Translations under genes and position numbers: made by a program
The notes under the pieces: generated by a model
What the model was told of the DNA's origin: nothing
What the model saw: the letters and a program-made list of their open reading frames with translations, nothing else
The model's database searches: none
Assembly (NCBI GenBank): GCA_003427395.1
Contig: BFEA01000006.1
Span: 1,730,958 to 1,794,736 of the forward strand
DNA from: Chara braunii
Taxonomy: Eukaryota > Plantae > Charophyceae
Reading direction: 5' to 3'
Length of the DNA stretch: 63,779 nucleotides
Shown here: in pieces, positions 1 through 13,681 of the stretch
How the letters are laid out: every line of letters begins with the position of its first letter
Numbering within the stretch: the stretch's first letter is position 1

Positions 1-167
1 TCTCTCTGCTACATGTGTCTTCCATGTGGCTTTCCATCAATCAATGCCGTCCACTCTGGTCTCTCTACCATAAAGGGGAGAAGCGTGTAGTGTGCTGTGT
101 TGTTGTTTTTTTTATCCCCCTTAACGTGGAGTGTGTTGTAACAGTCCATTTTGTTTTGACTTGCCGG

Positions 168-614
168 CAGGGTAGTTCTGGCACCTACGGCCGTAGGCGG
201 TAGGCGTGCTGCGCCTACCAGTCGGGACGACCCATAGGCGGACCCGTCGGCGGTCGGCAGACTGCCTTGCAATTTTATTTCATTTTTCTGATTACGTGGT
301 CGTGCCCGGCTTGAGGAGAGCAGCCGAAATCCGCAATAAATGGTTTTGGGGGGTTATGGGGGGTTGTAGAGGGTTAAGCGGGGGTATGACGGTGTTAGGG
401 GGAGGTATTGGGGCGTTGGGGGGGTGTATGGGGGTGTTGGGAGGGGCTATGGGAGTGTTGATGGGGTTAGTTGGGGTTCTGGACCCAAAAGAAATAAAAA
501 AATAAAAAATTGCGGGGTGCCGACTGACCTCCGACCAGAAGGTGCCTACCAGTCTGACGGTTGGCTGGTCGGCCCCCGACCAATCCATGGGTGCCAACCG
601 GCGGCATGACTATG
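168..614. mobile_element. Possible non-autonomous DNA-transposon remnant (CAGGG...GACTATG ends)
   Basis: Starts CAGGG and ends GACTATG, with GC-rich short subterminal repeats. The same pair of ends brackets 1841-1941. No TSD found. Confidence 0.25.
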
Positions 615-1167
615 CTTACAGGTGGGAATGCATATGGGAGGCAGAGCCATAAAGCTCTTTTTAAAGTATTGGTACAGGAAGCTCAATCTTGGACGTTTTT
701 GCTTTCGAGCATGGTTGCGGCCTAAGGCACAGCGCAACGAAGCGCACCGCACAGCGCAACGAAGCGCACCGCACTGGAAAAATTAGGTCCAAAAAAATAA
801 ATAGGGGTTTTGTCATTCCTTAGGCCCCCCAACTCGGCAAAAATGTTAAACTCACCACGCTTGCTCGGAAACCGGCCGCGCCCCCAGCCCGGATGTTTTT
901 TTTGGGTAAGGGCTGCCAAATTTTGATTTCCGCAGGCCCTACCCCCAGAAGTTTCAAAATGCCGAAGCATAAAATAGGGCTTATTCCCCCTCCCTTCTGC
1001 AAATTCCACGCTGTGTGGGGTACGTTCGCAAGAAGGGGGTAATCGTCTAGTACCAACCTGCCTCGTGAAGCTTCGCAGAAGTCACAAGTTGCATTTTCCA
1101 CGGCCAGTCGACCACCAATATATGCTGAAGATGGCGTTCAGGTCTGCATGTCGGCAGTTATGGGTTA

Positions 1168-1525
1168 GGATGACGATGCCGGTAGCTCTCTCGTTTTTCT
1201 GTTTTCGTTTTCTTATGAATACGTAAAGTGGGGCCTGCTCCACTACTCACCACATGCTCAAAAGAAATAGCATGTGGCGGTGTGTGGTCCCATGTTTTAG
1301 CAGAAGATTCATTCTACTAATATTACATACATTTGGTGAGTGGGGGGAGGATGAAGATGCCCGTAGCTCTCTCGTTTTTGTGTTTTTGTTTTCTTACGAA
1401 TATGTACAGTGGGGCCTGCTCCACTACTCGCCACATGCACAAAAGACAACATATGGCGGTGTATGGTTCCATGTTTTAGCAGAAGATTCATTCTGCTAAT
1501 ATTATATACATTTGGTGAGTGGTGG
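1168..1525 (+). repeat. ~180-bp tandem duplication
   Basis: GGATGA(C/A)GATGCC.GTAGCTCTCTCG...CATTTGGTGAGTGG occurs at ~1168-1345 and ~1349-1525. Confidence 0.9.
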
Positions 1526-2449
1526 AGGGAGGCCCTGAGTATCACGTGGAGATATGAACAAGCTCTAGGTGAATTGGTGACCCATAACTGCCGAGCTACA
1601 TCCCTGAACTCGTATCCAAAGCATGTATTGGTGGTCTGCCCCACCTTTTCCACAGATGACGAGGCCCTCAATGACTCCACATATATTGTAGGAGCTATTC
1701 GAGGTACCCGCAGGGCCCCTCAAATTGATGTGAAGGGGACCCTTTGTTTTTTTTTTCTCTCTCTCTCTCTCTCTCTCTCTGTGGGACCTGATTTTTAATA
1801 TTTTTTTCAATTTTTTTTATTTCTTTTTCTTTATCGTGCACAGGGCACACCGCACTGTGCACAGTGCGTGCGGTCCGTCCAGCGCACAGCGCAGTGCGCA
1901 CCGCCCCGCACCACACTGCGCACTGGTGCGCCGCGACTATGCTTTCAAATTATTTGGCTCTCTGTGTGGTCTCTGGTTCTGTCTGGGTCTGGGTCTGGGT
2001 CTGGGTCTGTCCCTGTCTGTGTCTCTGTCTGAGAGATCAGATGGCTAACTGGGGGCTGGATATTCGTTGTTTTGCTGGCAATTTCGGTGCAAAACTCTGC
2101 AAAGTTTTCAAAAGCAAACGATATGGGCCCATACTGCAAACATAAAAGAAAAAAAAGGCCAAAAAAAACGGAAAAAAAACAACAAAAAACAAAGCCCTAA
2201 CACAAAACACTTCCCATGCTAAAATGAAGCGTCCAACGAATTCAATGGAATGCCAACTTTTCGATTTTGATCCAAACATGTAAAAACTGGATATATGACA
2301 TAACATAAAACGTATGTCACACAAAAGGACAAACAAGGGGAAAAAAAAAAAAAGTCAGGACAATATTACAATTTCCGTGCAAAATTTGCGGAAAATAATA
2401 TCCCTGGTTAACCACGTGTGTCTCTCTCTCCACTCCATGTGTCTTTCAT

Positions 2450-5400
2450 GTCTCTCTCTATTCTCTCTTCATCTCCTTCACGTATCTCCCAAGTCTCTTT
2501 CGATTATTCAGGCCCACTCGGTCTTGTTTCTCTTTCTCTTTCCAGGGAACATTCTTGTATTGCTCTAGAAATCTTTCCAGTTATGATCCAGGAAGATCAA
2601 TGTTGGGCATTTGATTGCTGTCATATGGTTCGGAAGAGGAAGCTGTTAATAGATAATTGAAGGCTAGGTTTCGTAGTGCACATCGAATCTCATTTGTCTA
2701 CAGATTGGCAAACAAGTGTGGAACAACTGGACAAGGGTATGCGTCATATTGGATTCCACTTCCCTTTTGAGTTTTGTGGTGATATATCTTGCACAACTGT
2801 CTTCCGAGATGCAGTTATGCAGAAGCTTGTGTCATTTCTTGGTATGTAAATGTGCTTCGGACTTGCTGTTGACAGGTCTAGTAAGCTGCTGACAGTGCCA
2901 AGGACACCACGCATTCGGCCATTGTCTTGCAGAAACGGACTCCACATGCATAACTCGCCAGCATCGGTATCTCCATTCCCTTGGCGTTCGAAGAGACGTT
3001 GATCATCATTTCCGCCCTGCGAGGCTATGGTTAGGTGTTCCTGAAGTGCGCCTGCGCTTAGTTCTGTCAATGCGAGGATCTTCAATTGCTGGTATCTATG
3101 GGGTCCATGCTGGAAAATGTCACATCTGCATGGAGAGAAACTTGGACGGCTCCTTGATGGCTTTGTTGTATGCAAATTCTTGTGCTGAACAAAGAGCCAA
3201 TGCGTCTAGTTCTCTTAGGTCGCTATCACCATCCCTACGTCGGATAAGGTATGTGGAAGTGGTGAGTGGTGTGTGGGTGGTGTGTCACACCAGCTGTGAT
3301 CCTGGCCTGAAGGCAAGTGAGGGCATGCATATCATCATCTTACATGCCAGGTCAAGGACCCCCGGCTGCTGGGCCTCCTCGAAATGGTCAAGGCGACTGC
3401 TTGGCACAGCTCACGCCAGGTGAGTGAGTGCACGCATGTCATCATCTTATATGACAGGGCAAGGACCCTTGGCAGCTGGGCGTAAGTGAAACCGATCAGG
3501 GCATCGCTCGTCACAGCCATGAGCCTGAAGGCAGAAACCAAGCGCAAGGAGCTTCCATGGGAGGGAAGTCATTTTGCTTGCACACTCACTTCCTTGTGTA
3601 CAGTAGTTAGTGTGTATATTCTATGATGGCTGCAGTGGCTGACCTGCTGTGGTTTCCTGCACATGGCTTGCATTAAGGCGGTATCGTAGCTGAAAGAGAG
3701 GTCAAGCTTTTTTTCTAAAGCATGTGGGAGGAGTCGGAGGATGATATGGGTGTGAGAAGAGCACATCTCGGTTAGCAAAAAGGTCATCAAGGTATGTGTC
3801 TCCAGTGCATGTTTTACAAGGATGGATCTTGAACTGGTGGATTGTGAAGCAGTTGTTTGTCGAAGCTACTGATGAAGTGAGCAGATCATTGCCTTGTACA
3901 GCCCTTCTTAGCAATGATCCTCAAAGAAACAACCAGCTGCAGAGATGACATGCTTGAATTTGGAAAACAGCTGATGAAGCCAGACAGGTAATAATTGTGG
4001 GCTTCTGCATACGCTCTTGCCTCTGACCACCTGGTTAGTCCTGCACGAACTCTTAGAAACAGGTTATTTCTAGTTCATGACTTGCATCCCAGACAGTTCC
4101 AATTTGAACTGGCTAATGCACATGACCACTGCAGAGGAGAACTTCCTCGGTCATTTTACATTGGTTTGTTTTCCAGGCTGGATGGCCTCGTTAACCGTCT
4201 TGTTCCTGGGATTGACGTCCATGCGATGATTCAAGCGGTTATGCAGTTTGAAGCTTGAGCTGTTGCTATGTTTCGGGTTCTATCTCATTATTATTTTAAG
4301 TCGGAAAACTCGGCACGCCAATGCCGTTGCCCTTGCCCCCCCCTCCCCCCAAATCGTTGACTTTCTACTGATTTACAACTCAGGGATTTGTACCACAATT
4401 CCAGGGTATAATTCACCAGTCTGGCGGAACTTGGGACGCAGTACTTAGGTAGGTTTCATAGGTCTCTGTGCTGTAGAAGAGACTGTTGTTGAATTGGCGG
4501 CCCGGTTCTTGCCGAGGCCAACCTCAAGAGTGGTGAAGAAGGGCTTGATTGTTCGGTAGTGCTTGATTGTTCAGCATTGAGTACATAGGTGGGAAGAGTA
4601 GTGCTGTCTCAGAAGTCTGCACCGTTTGAGGGTCAGAGTCTGTTTTGGTGGAAAGGACGGCAGTGCTTGATTGTTCATCTGGAGAAGGTAGTCTGCAGTA
4701 TACAATGTAATGATTCTGCCAAACAGATCAACTTGTTGGAATTCTGGTCATACTCCACGCAAGCAGGTTTGGGACCCGATCAATACAAAGACGAACTTGG
4801 GTTTTTGGCTGTGGTTGCATTGATGCCTGTACATGTTCTGTCAAATCATTCTCCTAATCGTGGAGGGCCTGCGATTTTAAGAAAAGCTCTTGAATGCTTA
4901 TGGTCAATGTCTTTCGAGGAAGTGCACTTTTCTCTCTTCATGGGGAAGGTCTGAAGTTAAAATGCTCGGATCAGTGGACGTCTTGCTTGCACAAGTCAGC
5001 ACTAGTCATCGTTCCGCACTGCGGATTGACAGCATCCCAGCTTTAGAACTTGAAAGCATCTGTACCTGGATTGTTTGGACTGTGTAAACAGTGTAGTGTC
5101 TGCACTGGATTCAGTTGAAACTTCCACGCATGATAGTCGGTTTGGAGTGTGCCTTTTTGGACGCAGAACTTGTACTACTATGATTGTGATATGGTTGCAG
5201 ACAAACATTTGCATCCGATCAATTGTCGAGTCTCTTTCCTAACTGTTCATTGCTTGCTTCTCTTGCCTGCCTCGTGTCCACTCCTTGATGAATAGGAGTC
5301 CTGCCACTGCCAGGTCCTTGGAGAAATTGTGTTCTCTCTCTTCTCGTACCTGTGACCTTTGTATGAAATTGCCTTAGTACTAAGGCACATTTTGGTAATC

Positions 5401-5450
5401 GTACACGTACTTCAGACTTAAAAAGTTTTTTTACAACAAAAAAGGGCAAT
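2450..5450 (-). pseudogene. Highly degenerate reverse-transcriptase-like relic, possibly Penelope-like
   Basis: Frameshifted minus-strand translations give 'LGKNR', 'AEAHNYYLS', 'LLTEMCSSHTH' and 'ALALCSAQEFAY' in the order expected for RT motifs of Penelope-like elements. The match is weak and made by eye. Confidence 0.3.
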
Positions 5451-5477
5451 GGCCTTGACTACCTTGAGATGTAATCT

Positions 5478-6067
5478 TTGAACTGACCGGCTCCAGGTAA
5501 TTCGGAATGGCATTGTTCTGTTCATCTGTTAGTGCCTTGAGTCTGTATTTCAACCGCTCATACCAACTGAGCTGGGCCCGTTGGTAGGAGGTTGTCTTTT
5601 CATTGCTAATGAAGAGAGGAGATGACGTGGCATTTTACTTTCCCTTTCCATTGTCACAGCTTGGCATTTTGCTTGCCCTGAGGATCTCAGTGTATGATCT
5701 GCTGCACGTTGCATCTTCTTATGCAGCCCTCTGGGCTGTAAGTTGTCCTAAACTGTTGACATCCAGATCGTTGAACTGACCGGCCCCAGGAAATTTAGAA
5801 CGACTTTGTTCTATTCGTCTGTTAGTGTCTGGACGCGAACTTGAGTCTGTGTTTCAGCCGTCATAGCTGTACCAATGGAGCTAGGCCCGTCGGTAGGGAA
5901 TTGTCTTTTCGTTGCTAATCAAGAGAGCTGACGGCAATTCTACCTTGGCATTTTGCTTTCCCTTTCCTTTATCATAGCTTGGCATTTTGCTTCCCCTGTG
6001 GGTCTGTTGCACCTTGCATCTTCTTACGCATCCCTCTGAGCTGTAGGTGGTTCTAATCTGTTGACAT
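5478..6067 (+). repeat. ~295-bp tandem duplication
   Basis: TTGAACTGACCGGC...CTGTTGACAT occurs at ~5478-5762 and ~5771-6068. Confidence 0.85.
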
Positions 6068-6705
6068 GTGGACCTGCTTATCTACTGGATGTGGTGGTAA
6101 GAAATCCCTCGTCATTTCAAACAACCAAAGAGGCATTCCTGCAACTGTCTCTCTGATTAGGTAGTCGGCTGCCATCATCTCAAGCCAAAAAGTGAGTGAA
6201 GCTGTACAGCAGATGGGTCATGATGGCCATCAGAACATGCTAATGGGAACATGAAAATACCGGAAGGTCCTGTTGCTCTGAAGTTTGAAGACTGATGCAG
6301 TGATCTCTCACATTTTGCACATCGGCAGACCGTTATGAACGCACAAATTTTGTCAGTCTGATAGTGGGGACGAAAATGGACCGTTGAGTCCATTTGTTCT
6401 GTAATCGTAGCTTGGCTGTAGGTGTCTATCTCACAACTCTATCTGAAGATTTGATTATCCTTGTCAGCGCCGAGTGAAAATCTGATGTGCGGAATTGAGA
6501 AGCAGCATCGTAATATGTCCTCAACTCTACCCTGTTATGCCATTTTTAGCACACATCTTTGTCAGTGTCTAGTGACTTCACCTTGCCTTCTAGTGGCTTT
6601 ACCTTGCCTCCAATCTTAAAGAGAGGTTTATTTCTTAACATAGCAGGTTTGCAGCCCTGTCTGCAAGTTGAATAATTCAGTGCCCAAGGTAACCGCAATA
6701 TAATA

Positions 6706-6708
<3 letters not shown>

Positions 6709-6804
<96 letters not shown>

Positions 6805-6812
6805 AGAGAGAG
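6709..6812. repeat. Compound (GT)n(GA)n microsatellite
   Basis: Seen directly. Many other (CA)n, (TA)n and (CT)n tracts occur across the window. Confidence 0.95.
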
Positions 6813-7045
6813 ATTCCAGGTGACCCCGACGGAAAAGTTGTTCAGTTTTCTTTTTTTTTTCCTTTTTCTTTTTGTTTCTGGGACCTTCCTGGGCCCTTGC
6901 AAGGCTGGGCGGTGCGGGCAATCAAGGTGACCCAGGCCTTCTAGCTGGTAACCCTCGAGTATCACGTTTGGTAACCCGCTGCGCAACACATTTTTGTTCA
7001 ACGACTTGCTTTGTCCATGCAGATTACAATATAATATTTCCCTCC

Positions 7046-7163
7046 TCACCTTAGATACGGTACGTGCAGTCTTCCCCCCCTCACCTCCGATACGCTACCT
7101 GCAGTCTTCCCCCCCTCACCTCCGATACACTACCTGCAGTCTTCCCCCCCTCACCTCCGATAC
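7046..7163 (+). repeat. 35-bp minisatellite, ~3.5 copies
   Basis: TCACCTCCGATA at 7081, 7116 and 7151; unit C(G/A)CTACCTGCAGTCTTCCCCCCCTCACCTCCGATA. Confidence 0.9.
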
Positions 7164-7599
7164 GCCCATGCCACCTGCAAGCATCATTTGTGCCCATGCC
7201 ACTAGCAGTCGACCCCCTCATGACTCGGTTCCCCCCTTCTAGCATCGCAGGTTCACCTGGACAATTTTCCCCCTCACCCCGAATACACCCATGCCACCTG
7301 CAACCGTCCCTGATGCCCCTGCTACCTGCAGCCGTCCTCCTCCTCACTTCGTTTGCCCCCTCCCGTCGTTGCAGGTTCACCTGGACAGTCGCAGTCCCTG
7401 ACGTTGCACATGCACGTCTTTTCAGCCGTCCCAACTCGTCCCTCTCCTCCCAACGATGCAAACCCATTTGATCAGTCCATGTCCCTCTTCCTGATCGCCT
7501 CCCCACCTCGTCCTAACTCATCACTCTTCCTCCCAACGATGTACCTTACTCCTTTCTCACCGAAAGCACCTGTCCTCATATGACCCTCACCCGTCTCTT

Positions 7600-8830
7600 C
7601 GGCCTCCTGTCCCCAGGGGCAACCATACTCAGCATGTCTATCGCGCCCTCATACAAGGTCGGCCTCGCTGTCTCTGGCCAGGTCAGGGGTCTGCAACCTT
7701 CTCGAACTCCTCCCAAGGCACAACATAAAGGACATGAGGCGGCCCCTCGACGTAACAGAGGAGGCTCGACCAGTTTCAATGTCGGTCACGATTTACGTAG
7801 ACTGGATTGCAAAATGACAGCGGACAAGCGCTTCTCGGCGGATGTGTTCTGGGACAACACGGCAACTCGGCTGCATGGTCCACCTCTACGAATCCCGCAA
7901 CAAACAGCTCAGGGAGATCGGATCGATCATCATTGTCACCTAACCCAAGTAAGCAAGAAAGTTGTTTTATCTACGCATGTTGTCAAAGGTGTGCGCACTA
8001 CCTTTGACAAGGATAAAACAGTCACGCGAGAGATGAACTTCTGTGTCCTCGAAAAGTGTCCCTTCGTTGCAGTTCTTGGGTTGGGATGACTACAGTCCCA
8101 ATGCAAAAGAACCAAGTGGAAGGAATCACTCTTCGAAATACATGATGCTAAGGGGAACGAGCGTCCTGTTCTCTTGGATGATAAGGACGAATCCCCAGTG
8201 ACTTTTCTTTATGCCATGCAATTCTGCAAGAAGTGGCGCAAAGACAATAAAGATGAACAATTGTATGTTGCCTTTGGTCGTCCTACTCATGTGCGTTCTT
8301 CTTTTGCTGCTAGTACTAGTTCTAGTTTGCACGATGTGCCTATCTTGTGCTTCTACTCTACCCAAATGGTTCTACTTCGAATTTGGTGGCCTTTGCTGCT
8401 AAGTTGTGGCCTGGCTTGCTTGACCCTTGCTCTGATCCTCCACCCCCGAAAATCCCAGCAAACTTCTAGAGCCTGCTCAACCGATTTCCCTAAGTTCTAG
8501 CCGAACGGCGTCGAGTCCCCCCGTGATCGGTCAAGCATACGATTGATTTGATTGAAGGCGTTGTTCCTCCGAAGGGATGTGTGTACCGTATACGACCCGG
8601 TGAATTGGAGGAACTTCGGAGGCAAACTGATGAGATCATTTACAAAAGGTGGAAGTGAATCTGAATTTGGTGCTCATGTTTTGTTTGTCCCAAAGAAAGG
8701 AGGTAAGCTCCGGATGTGTATTGATTACAGCGGTCTAAACTGCATCACAAGAAAGAATGCGTATCCATTGCCACACATCGAGAACTTGCTTGATGCTGCA
8801 GGTACCCAAGGTCGTCTCGAAGATCCACTG
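7600..8830 (+). pseudogene. Ty3/Gypsy pol fragment (aspartic protease to RT N-terminus)
   Basis: 'ADVFWDNTAT' (degenerate D-S-G-A protease motif), then '[19 protein letters not shown]...ELEELRRQ' and '[42 protein letters not shown]'. Stops and frameshifts present. Confidence 0.85.
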
Positions 8831-9636
8831 GGTGTCCTTTCAACGCTCGGGGTTGCAGTGAAACAGGCGTTAAAACCAATCCAATCCCCCAGAGCCGCAT
8901 TGAATTCTCGTTAAACGAAAAAATGGCGGGCTCCCGGCTTTTCTGCAAAAACATGACAGGTGAGCAGGGATTCAAACATGTGTGGCAACACGCCCCCACA
9001 CTAAAAATATATTTTTCTCCTTTTTTTTATGCACACCTCCCCCCTGCAAGCCAACCCACCTTCTGCTCCCCCCCCCCCCCCCCCCAATAACCAATTCAAT
9101 CCCCCAGAGCCGCATTGAATTCTCGTTAAACAAGAAAACGGTGGGCTCCCGGCTTTTCCGCAAAAACACGACAGGTGAGCAGGGGTTCAAACACGTGTTG
9201 CAACACTCCCCCGCAATAAAAATACATTTTTCTCCCTTTATCATGTACACCTCCCCCCCCCAAGCCAACCCACCTTCCCCCCTCCACCCCCACTCCCCGC
9301 TCCCTCGACCAATCCCCACCCGGTTCCCCATCACCCCCACACCGCTCCCAAAGACCCAACTGCACCTTTTAGGGTCCACGGCTATATAGGCAAGAAAATA
9401 TTCAAAGACCAACTGAACTAGCCCAACCCCCCAACCACCCCCATACCCGAACCCGCTCAAGCCCAGCAAAAGGGGACATGGACGCATATAAAAAATATAT
9501 ATATATTAGAAGAAAAACAATCCTTTCAAGCGCACTTCCACCTTCAGAACAAAAGAAAAAAAAACAAGGCCAACAATGGTCCGGACTCCGTATACTCCGT
9601 AGCACACAGATAACAACTGCCAAAGAAATGGAGGGG

Positions 9637-9668
<32 letters not shown>

Positions 9669-11549
9669 AAGAACAACGAAGAAAGGAAATGAGTGACAAG
9701 ATAACCGCTAACAAAACGCATATGCCGATGTGAGAGTTTGAACTTTTGTCTCTGCATCATCATTATTTCCTTTGCATTCTTGATCTTTTGTCGTCTTTTG
9801 GGTAGGGGTGGGTTAGCTATTGAGTAACGGTTTAAGGGGATTGCCGGCCCTTCATTCCTAATTACCGGGTACTTTGATAGGCTAGATACACAGTCATGAT
9901 CGGATTAAATAGGGATGGCCACGTTAGGGTTATAAGAGCAGCAGGTTAATCCTCCCCTGGGGGAGTAATCAATGCCTCTTCTCCGTAAACGATATACACA
10001 GTCATGATCGGTTTATATTGGGATGGCCGCGTGGCCTATCTACATGATTTCCATTTCATCATATCATTGTACAGGGACGCTGGACCCGATTTCCAGCAGG
10101 TGCTGCTCCCCACCAATAGATGGAGCCTTCGCTGCAGGGGTCACTTGATGAGGATGCTCTTATCACCTTGTCAAGTGGACTTCCTACACTTGAAGTTTGC
10201 AAAAAAAAAAAAAAAAAGATTAACATGTCGCACAACATCTGCTAAGCACAATATAAAAGTACCAAAAAAAGAAAAACCAAAATTGTATATGAATTTATTA
10301 TGAAACTTAATGAAAGCGCGATATATCTACCATGATGCATACAGGTGCAGCTGTCATGGTGCACAAGTGAAGACTGTATCCTAATGCCATACAAAAATGC
10401 CGACGACGACTACTGAGTACATCGAATGCTGAGCACCACAACAAAAGTACAAAAATGGAACCATTGGCGGAAACGCGAAGCAACGCTTGTCGACCGAACT
10501 ATCATACCCATCCCTTAACCTTTCCTCGTTGTGTCTGATGCGAACTGGACGCCCACTTCTTCCCCTTGCCCCCAGTAGCCCGTGTACTCGCCACTCCTGT
10601 TGCACGTCGTCATCGTGATGGCGGTTGAGGGGGGAGCGTATCGTTGTCGTCGTTGTCCTCCTCCTCCCCTTGCTCGTCCTCCTCGTCCTCGTCATCCTCC
10701 TTGTCGTCCACATCCTCCTAATCCTCGTCCTCCTCGAGCTCGGAGGGATCCTAGTCCTCCTTGAGCTCGGAGGGATCCTCGTCCTCAATAGGGACACAAT
10801 GACCCCCGAACCAACCTCGTGCTCACCGTGAGCCTTGTATCTGAACGTCCAGACGCACGCGGCATGCCCATCCCATGCGCCCTTGAGGACTCCCCGAGTG
10901 CCGCACCACCATCTGCAGGCCGTAACCGTGGCATTGCAGACCACCGTGGAGTCTCCTTGCATACGGCTCGGGCTGCGAACCCGTGCCATGTGCATGACCC
11001 CGCTATGTCCCCGGCTCCGCTCCCGTGTAGGCGTCATCCCCCAACCCCTCGCATTCGGTACCTGCCACTTCCCTCAGCCCACTTCTTTGGGATCCTGTAC
11101 TGCCCAACCTTGGTTGCCGGCGAGCGGTGTGATCGGTCTCCCTCCTCTGGTCGTTGAGGTCAATGTCTATCCAGCCGTATAGATGCTGGTTGGGACTAAT
11201 CTTCGTCGTGTTCAGCTGTCTCAACCTGCTCGACCCCGCTGATTTCACTGGCGACGGCAAGTGCGGCCGTGCTGCGAGGAAACGACGCCTCTGTCTTGCA
11301 CCTTGTTTAGGGGAGGCGGCATATCAATCGAACGAGGTTGCGTTACCTCGTGCCCTCCTATGGCTGCGCCGCTAAGCACGCTATGAACTCCAGCTGTGAA
11401 TGCCGAACGTGGAGTGGGCAGCACTGGTGACACGAGGTCCATGACAGCATCTGCTACCAGTGGGGGTGGCGCTCGCCACAGCCTCGCAATACACGACTGT
11501 CCAGTTCAGTGACTCAGTGACATCGTGCACGGTGGATGCTCTAAGCTTG

Positions 11550-11850
11550 TCAACATCGAGTTGATTGAAGACGTTGTTCCTCCAAAGGGATGTAATATGG
11601 GACCTGGAGAATTGGAGGAACTTCATAGGCAAATGAACGAAATGATTGACAAAGGGTGGAAGTGCATCTGAATTTGGCGCTTATGTTTTGTTTGTCATAA
11701 AGAAAGGAGGTAAGCTCCGAATGTGTATTTATTACCCCGTTCTAAACTGCATCACAAGAAACAATGCGTACCCATTGCCACACATCAATCACTTGCTTGA
11801 TGTTGCAGGTATCCTGTTGCAGGTATTCAAGCTCGTCTCCAAGGTCCACT
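11550..11850 (+). pseudogene. Second copy of the Gypsy RT N-terminal fragment
   Basis: '[48 protein letters not shown]'. Confidence 0.85.
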
Positions 11851-12022
11851 GGGTGTCCTTTCTATGCTGGGGGGTGCAGTGAAAAGAGCGTTAAAACCCA
11901 TTAAATCCTCCAGAGCCGCGTTCAATTCCCGTTAAACGAAAAAACGGCAGGCTCTCGACTTTTCCGCAAAAGCACGACAGGTGAGCAGGGGTTCAAACAC
12001 ATGTCACAACACCCCCCTCCAC

Positions 12023-12064
<42 letters not shown>

Positions 12065-12067
<3 letters not shown>

Positions 12068-12176
12068 CCTCCTGATGAGTCGGTGAAACTCCGACGAAAC
12101 AGTTTGTCACAGCCCCTCGTTTGTTGTCCTCTTCTCCCTCTCTGCCTACGGGTTTACCGGGCAGTTCTATTTGACG
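12065..12176 (+). mobile_element. 5'-truncated hammerhead-ribozyme retroelement inside (TA)n
   Basis: CAGCCTC-CTGATGA-GTCGG-TGAAACT-CCGAC-GAAAC plus the shared 3' tail. (TA)n on both sides. Confidence 0.85.
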
Positions 12177-13681
12177 ATATATATATATATATATATATAT
12201 ATTCTGCCCCCCTCCCCCTCCCCTCGATCAATCCCCAACCCGATTCCCCATCACCCCCACACCGCTCCCAAAGATCGAACCGCACTAACCACTATTCAGG
12301 GTCCACGACTATCTATGCAAAAACCCATTCGAAGATCAACTGAACTACCCCAACCCCCCAACCGCCCCCATACCCCAATCCCCCTCACGCCCAGGAAAAG
12401 GAGACATGGACACATAAAAAACCAAAAAAAATCATAGAAGAAAAAACAATCCTTTCAAACAGATTTTCACCTTCATAACAAAAGAGTAAAGGCCAACAAA
12501 GGTCCGGACTCATATAGTCCATAGCACACAGATAACAACAGGGAAAAAAACAAAAAACAAAAGAAAAAAAACAATGAAGAAAGGAAATGAGTGGCAAGAC
12601 GAATGCTCACAAAATGCATATGCGGATGTGAAAGAATGAAATTTCGTCTCATTATGATTAACATGTTGCACACCATCTGCTCAAGTACCGAAAAAGGAAA
12701 AATCAAAATTGTATATGAAAGTGTGATGAATCTACCATGATCTACGTACAGTTGAACGTATCATGGTGCACAACTTAAGATTGTATCCTAATATGATACA
12801 AAAATATCGATTGAGGACCACAAATAAAGTAAAAAAATAGAACCGTCCGCAAAAATGCATAGCAACGCCTGTCGCGCGAACTATCGCGAGCTGGACGCCC
12901 ACTTCTTCCCCTGGCCCCAATAGCCCGTGCATTTGCCACTTCTGTCGCGCGTTGTCATCGTGATGGTGGTTGAAGGGGGGGGGGGGTATCGTCGTAGTCG
13001 TAGTCCTCCTCGTCGTTCTTCATTCTCCTAATCCTTGTCCTACTCGCTTTTTTAGGGATCATCATCCTCAATAGGGACACGACCTCGTGCTCACCGAGAG
13101 TACTGTATCTGAACGTCTAGACGCACGCGGCATGCCCAACCCATCGGCCCTTGAGGACTCCCCGAGTTCCGCACCGCCCTTTGCACGCATAGGTCATAAC
13201 TGCGGTATTGCAGACCGTCGTGGAGTCTCCTTGCGTACGGCTTGGGCTGCGAGTCACAAAGCCGGCTGCAAACCCATACCACATGCATGACCCCGCTCTG
13301 TTCCCGGCTCCGCAGCAGTCACTTTTGAGAGTTTTTTTAATGCATCAGTAGTTAGCATTCTTGATTAAGTCTCTGAGCTCCTGACTCTTTCTTTCTCTTC
13401 TTAGTGTTTCAAGAACATCATAGGTTCATAAGACATACTTGAGATCAAGCCTGATTCTCTCCAACAGTAATATCAATCTCCTTCTCCAGTCGAGTGTGGT
13501 ACCTCACACAAGGAAAGATAAGACTCAGTTAGCAGCTAGGCTTTCCAAGAGAATAATGACTCAAGAAAGATCGCAAAATTAGTCTGGAAAATTCAGAAAT
13601 TGTCAACAGTTCTCAGGGCCTAATCAAAGCTCAAAGTTGTTTGTTGACCCAGGCTCGTTCCGGACACGAAAATGTTTCATG

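Larger units (their letters stand above)
8545..13312 (+). repeat. Diverged direct duplication of a composite unit (~8545-11030 vs ~11560-13312)
   Basis: Collinear blocks: RT fragment, 'CAGAGCCGC...CAGGTGAGCAGGG' block, A-rich block and GTCCTC-rich block. Copy 1 has extra sequence at ~9770-10225; copy 2 has a hammerhead insertion. Confidence 0.85.

Noticed and set aside
6546-7049. ORFs with HTHT, SLSL, YIYI or ERER runs (here and elsewhere)
   Set aside because: They are translations of dinucleotide microsatellites.
8625-8645. Other CTGATGA hits (also ~3868, ~47432, ~62087) as hammerheads
   Set aside because: No stem II followed by GAAA and no stem I/III pairing.
10381-11037. 218-aa Arg/Thr-rich ORF as a gene
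   Set aside because: It arises from GTCCTC low-complexity repeats, and the frame is not conserved in the duplicate at 12.7-13.3 kb.
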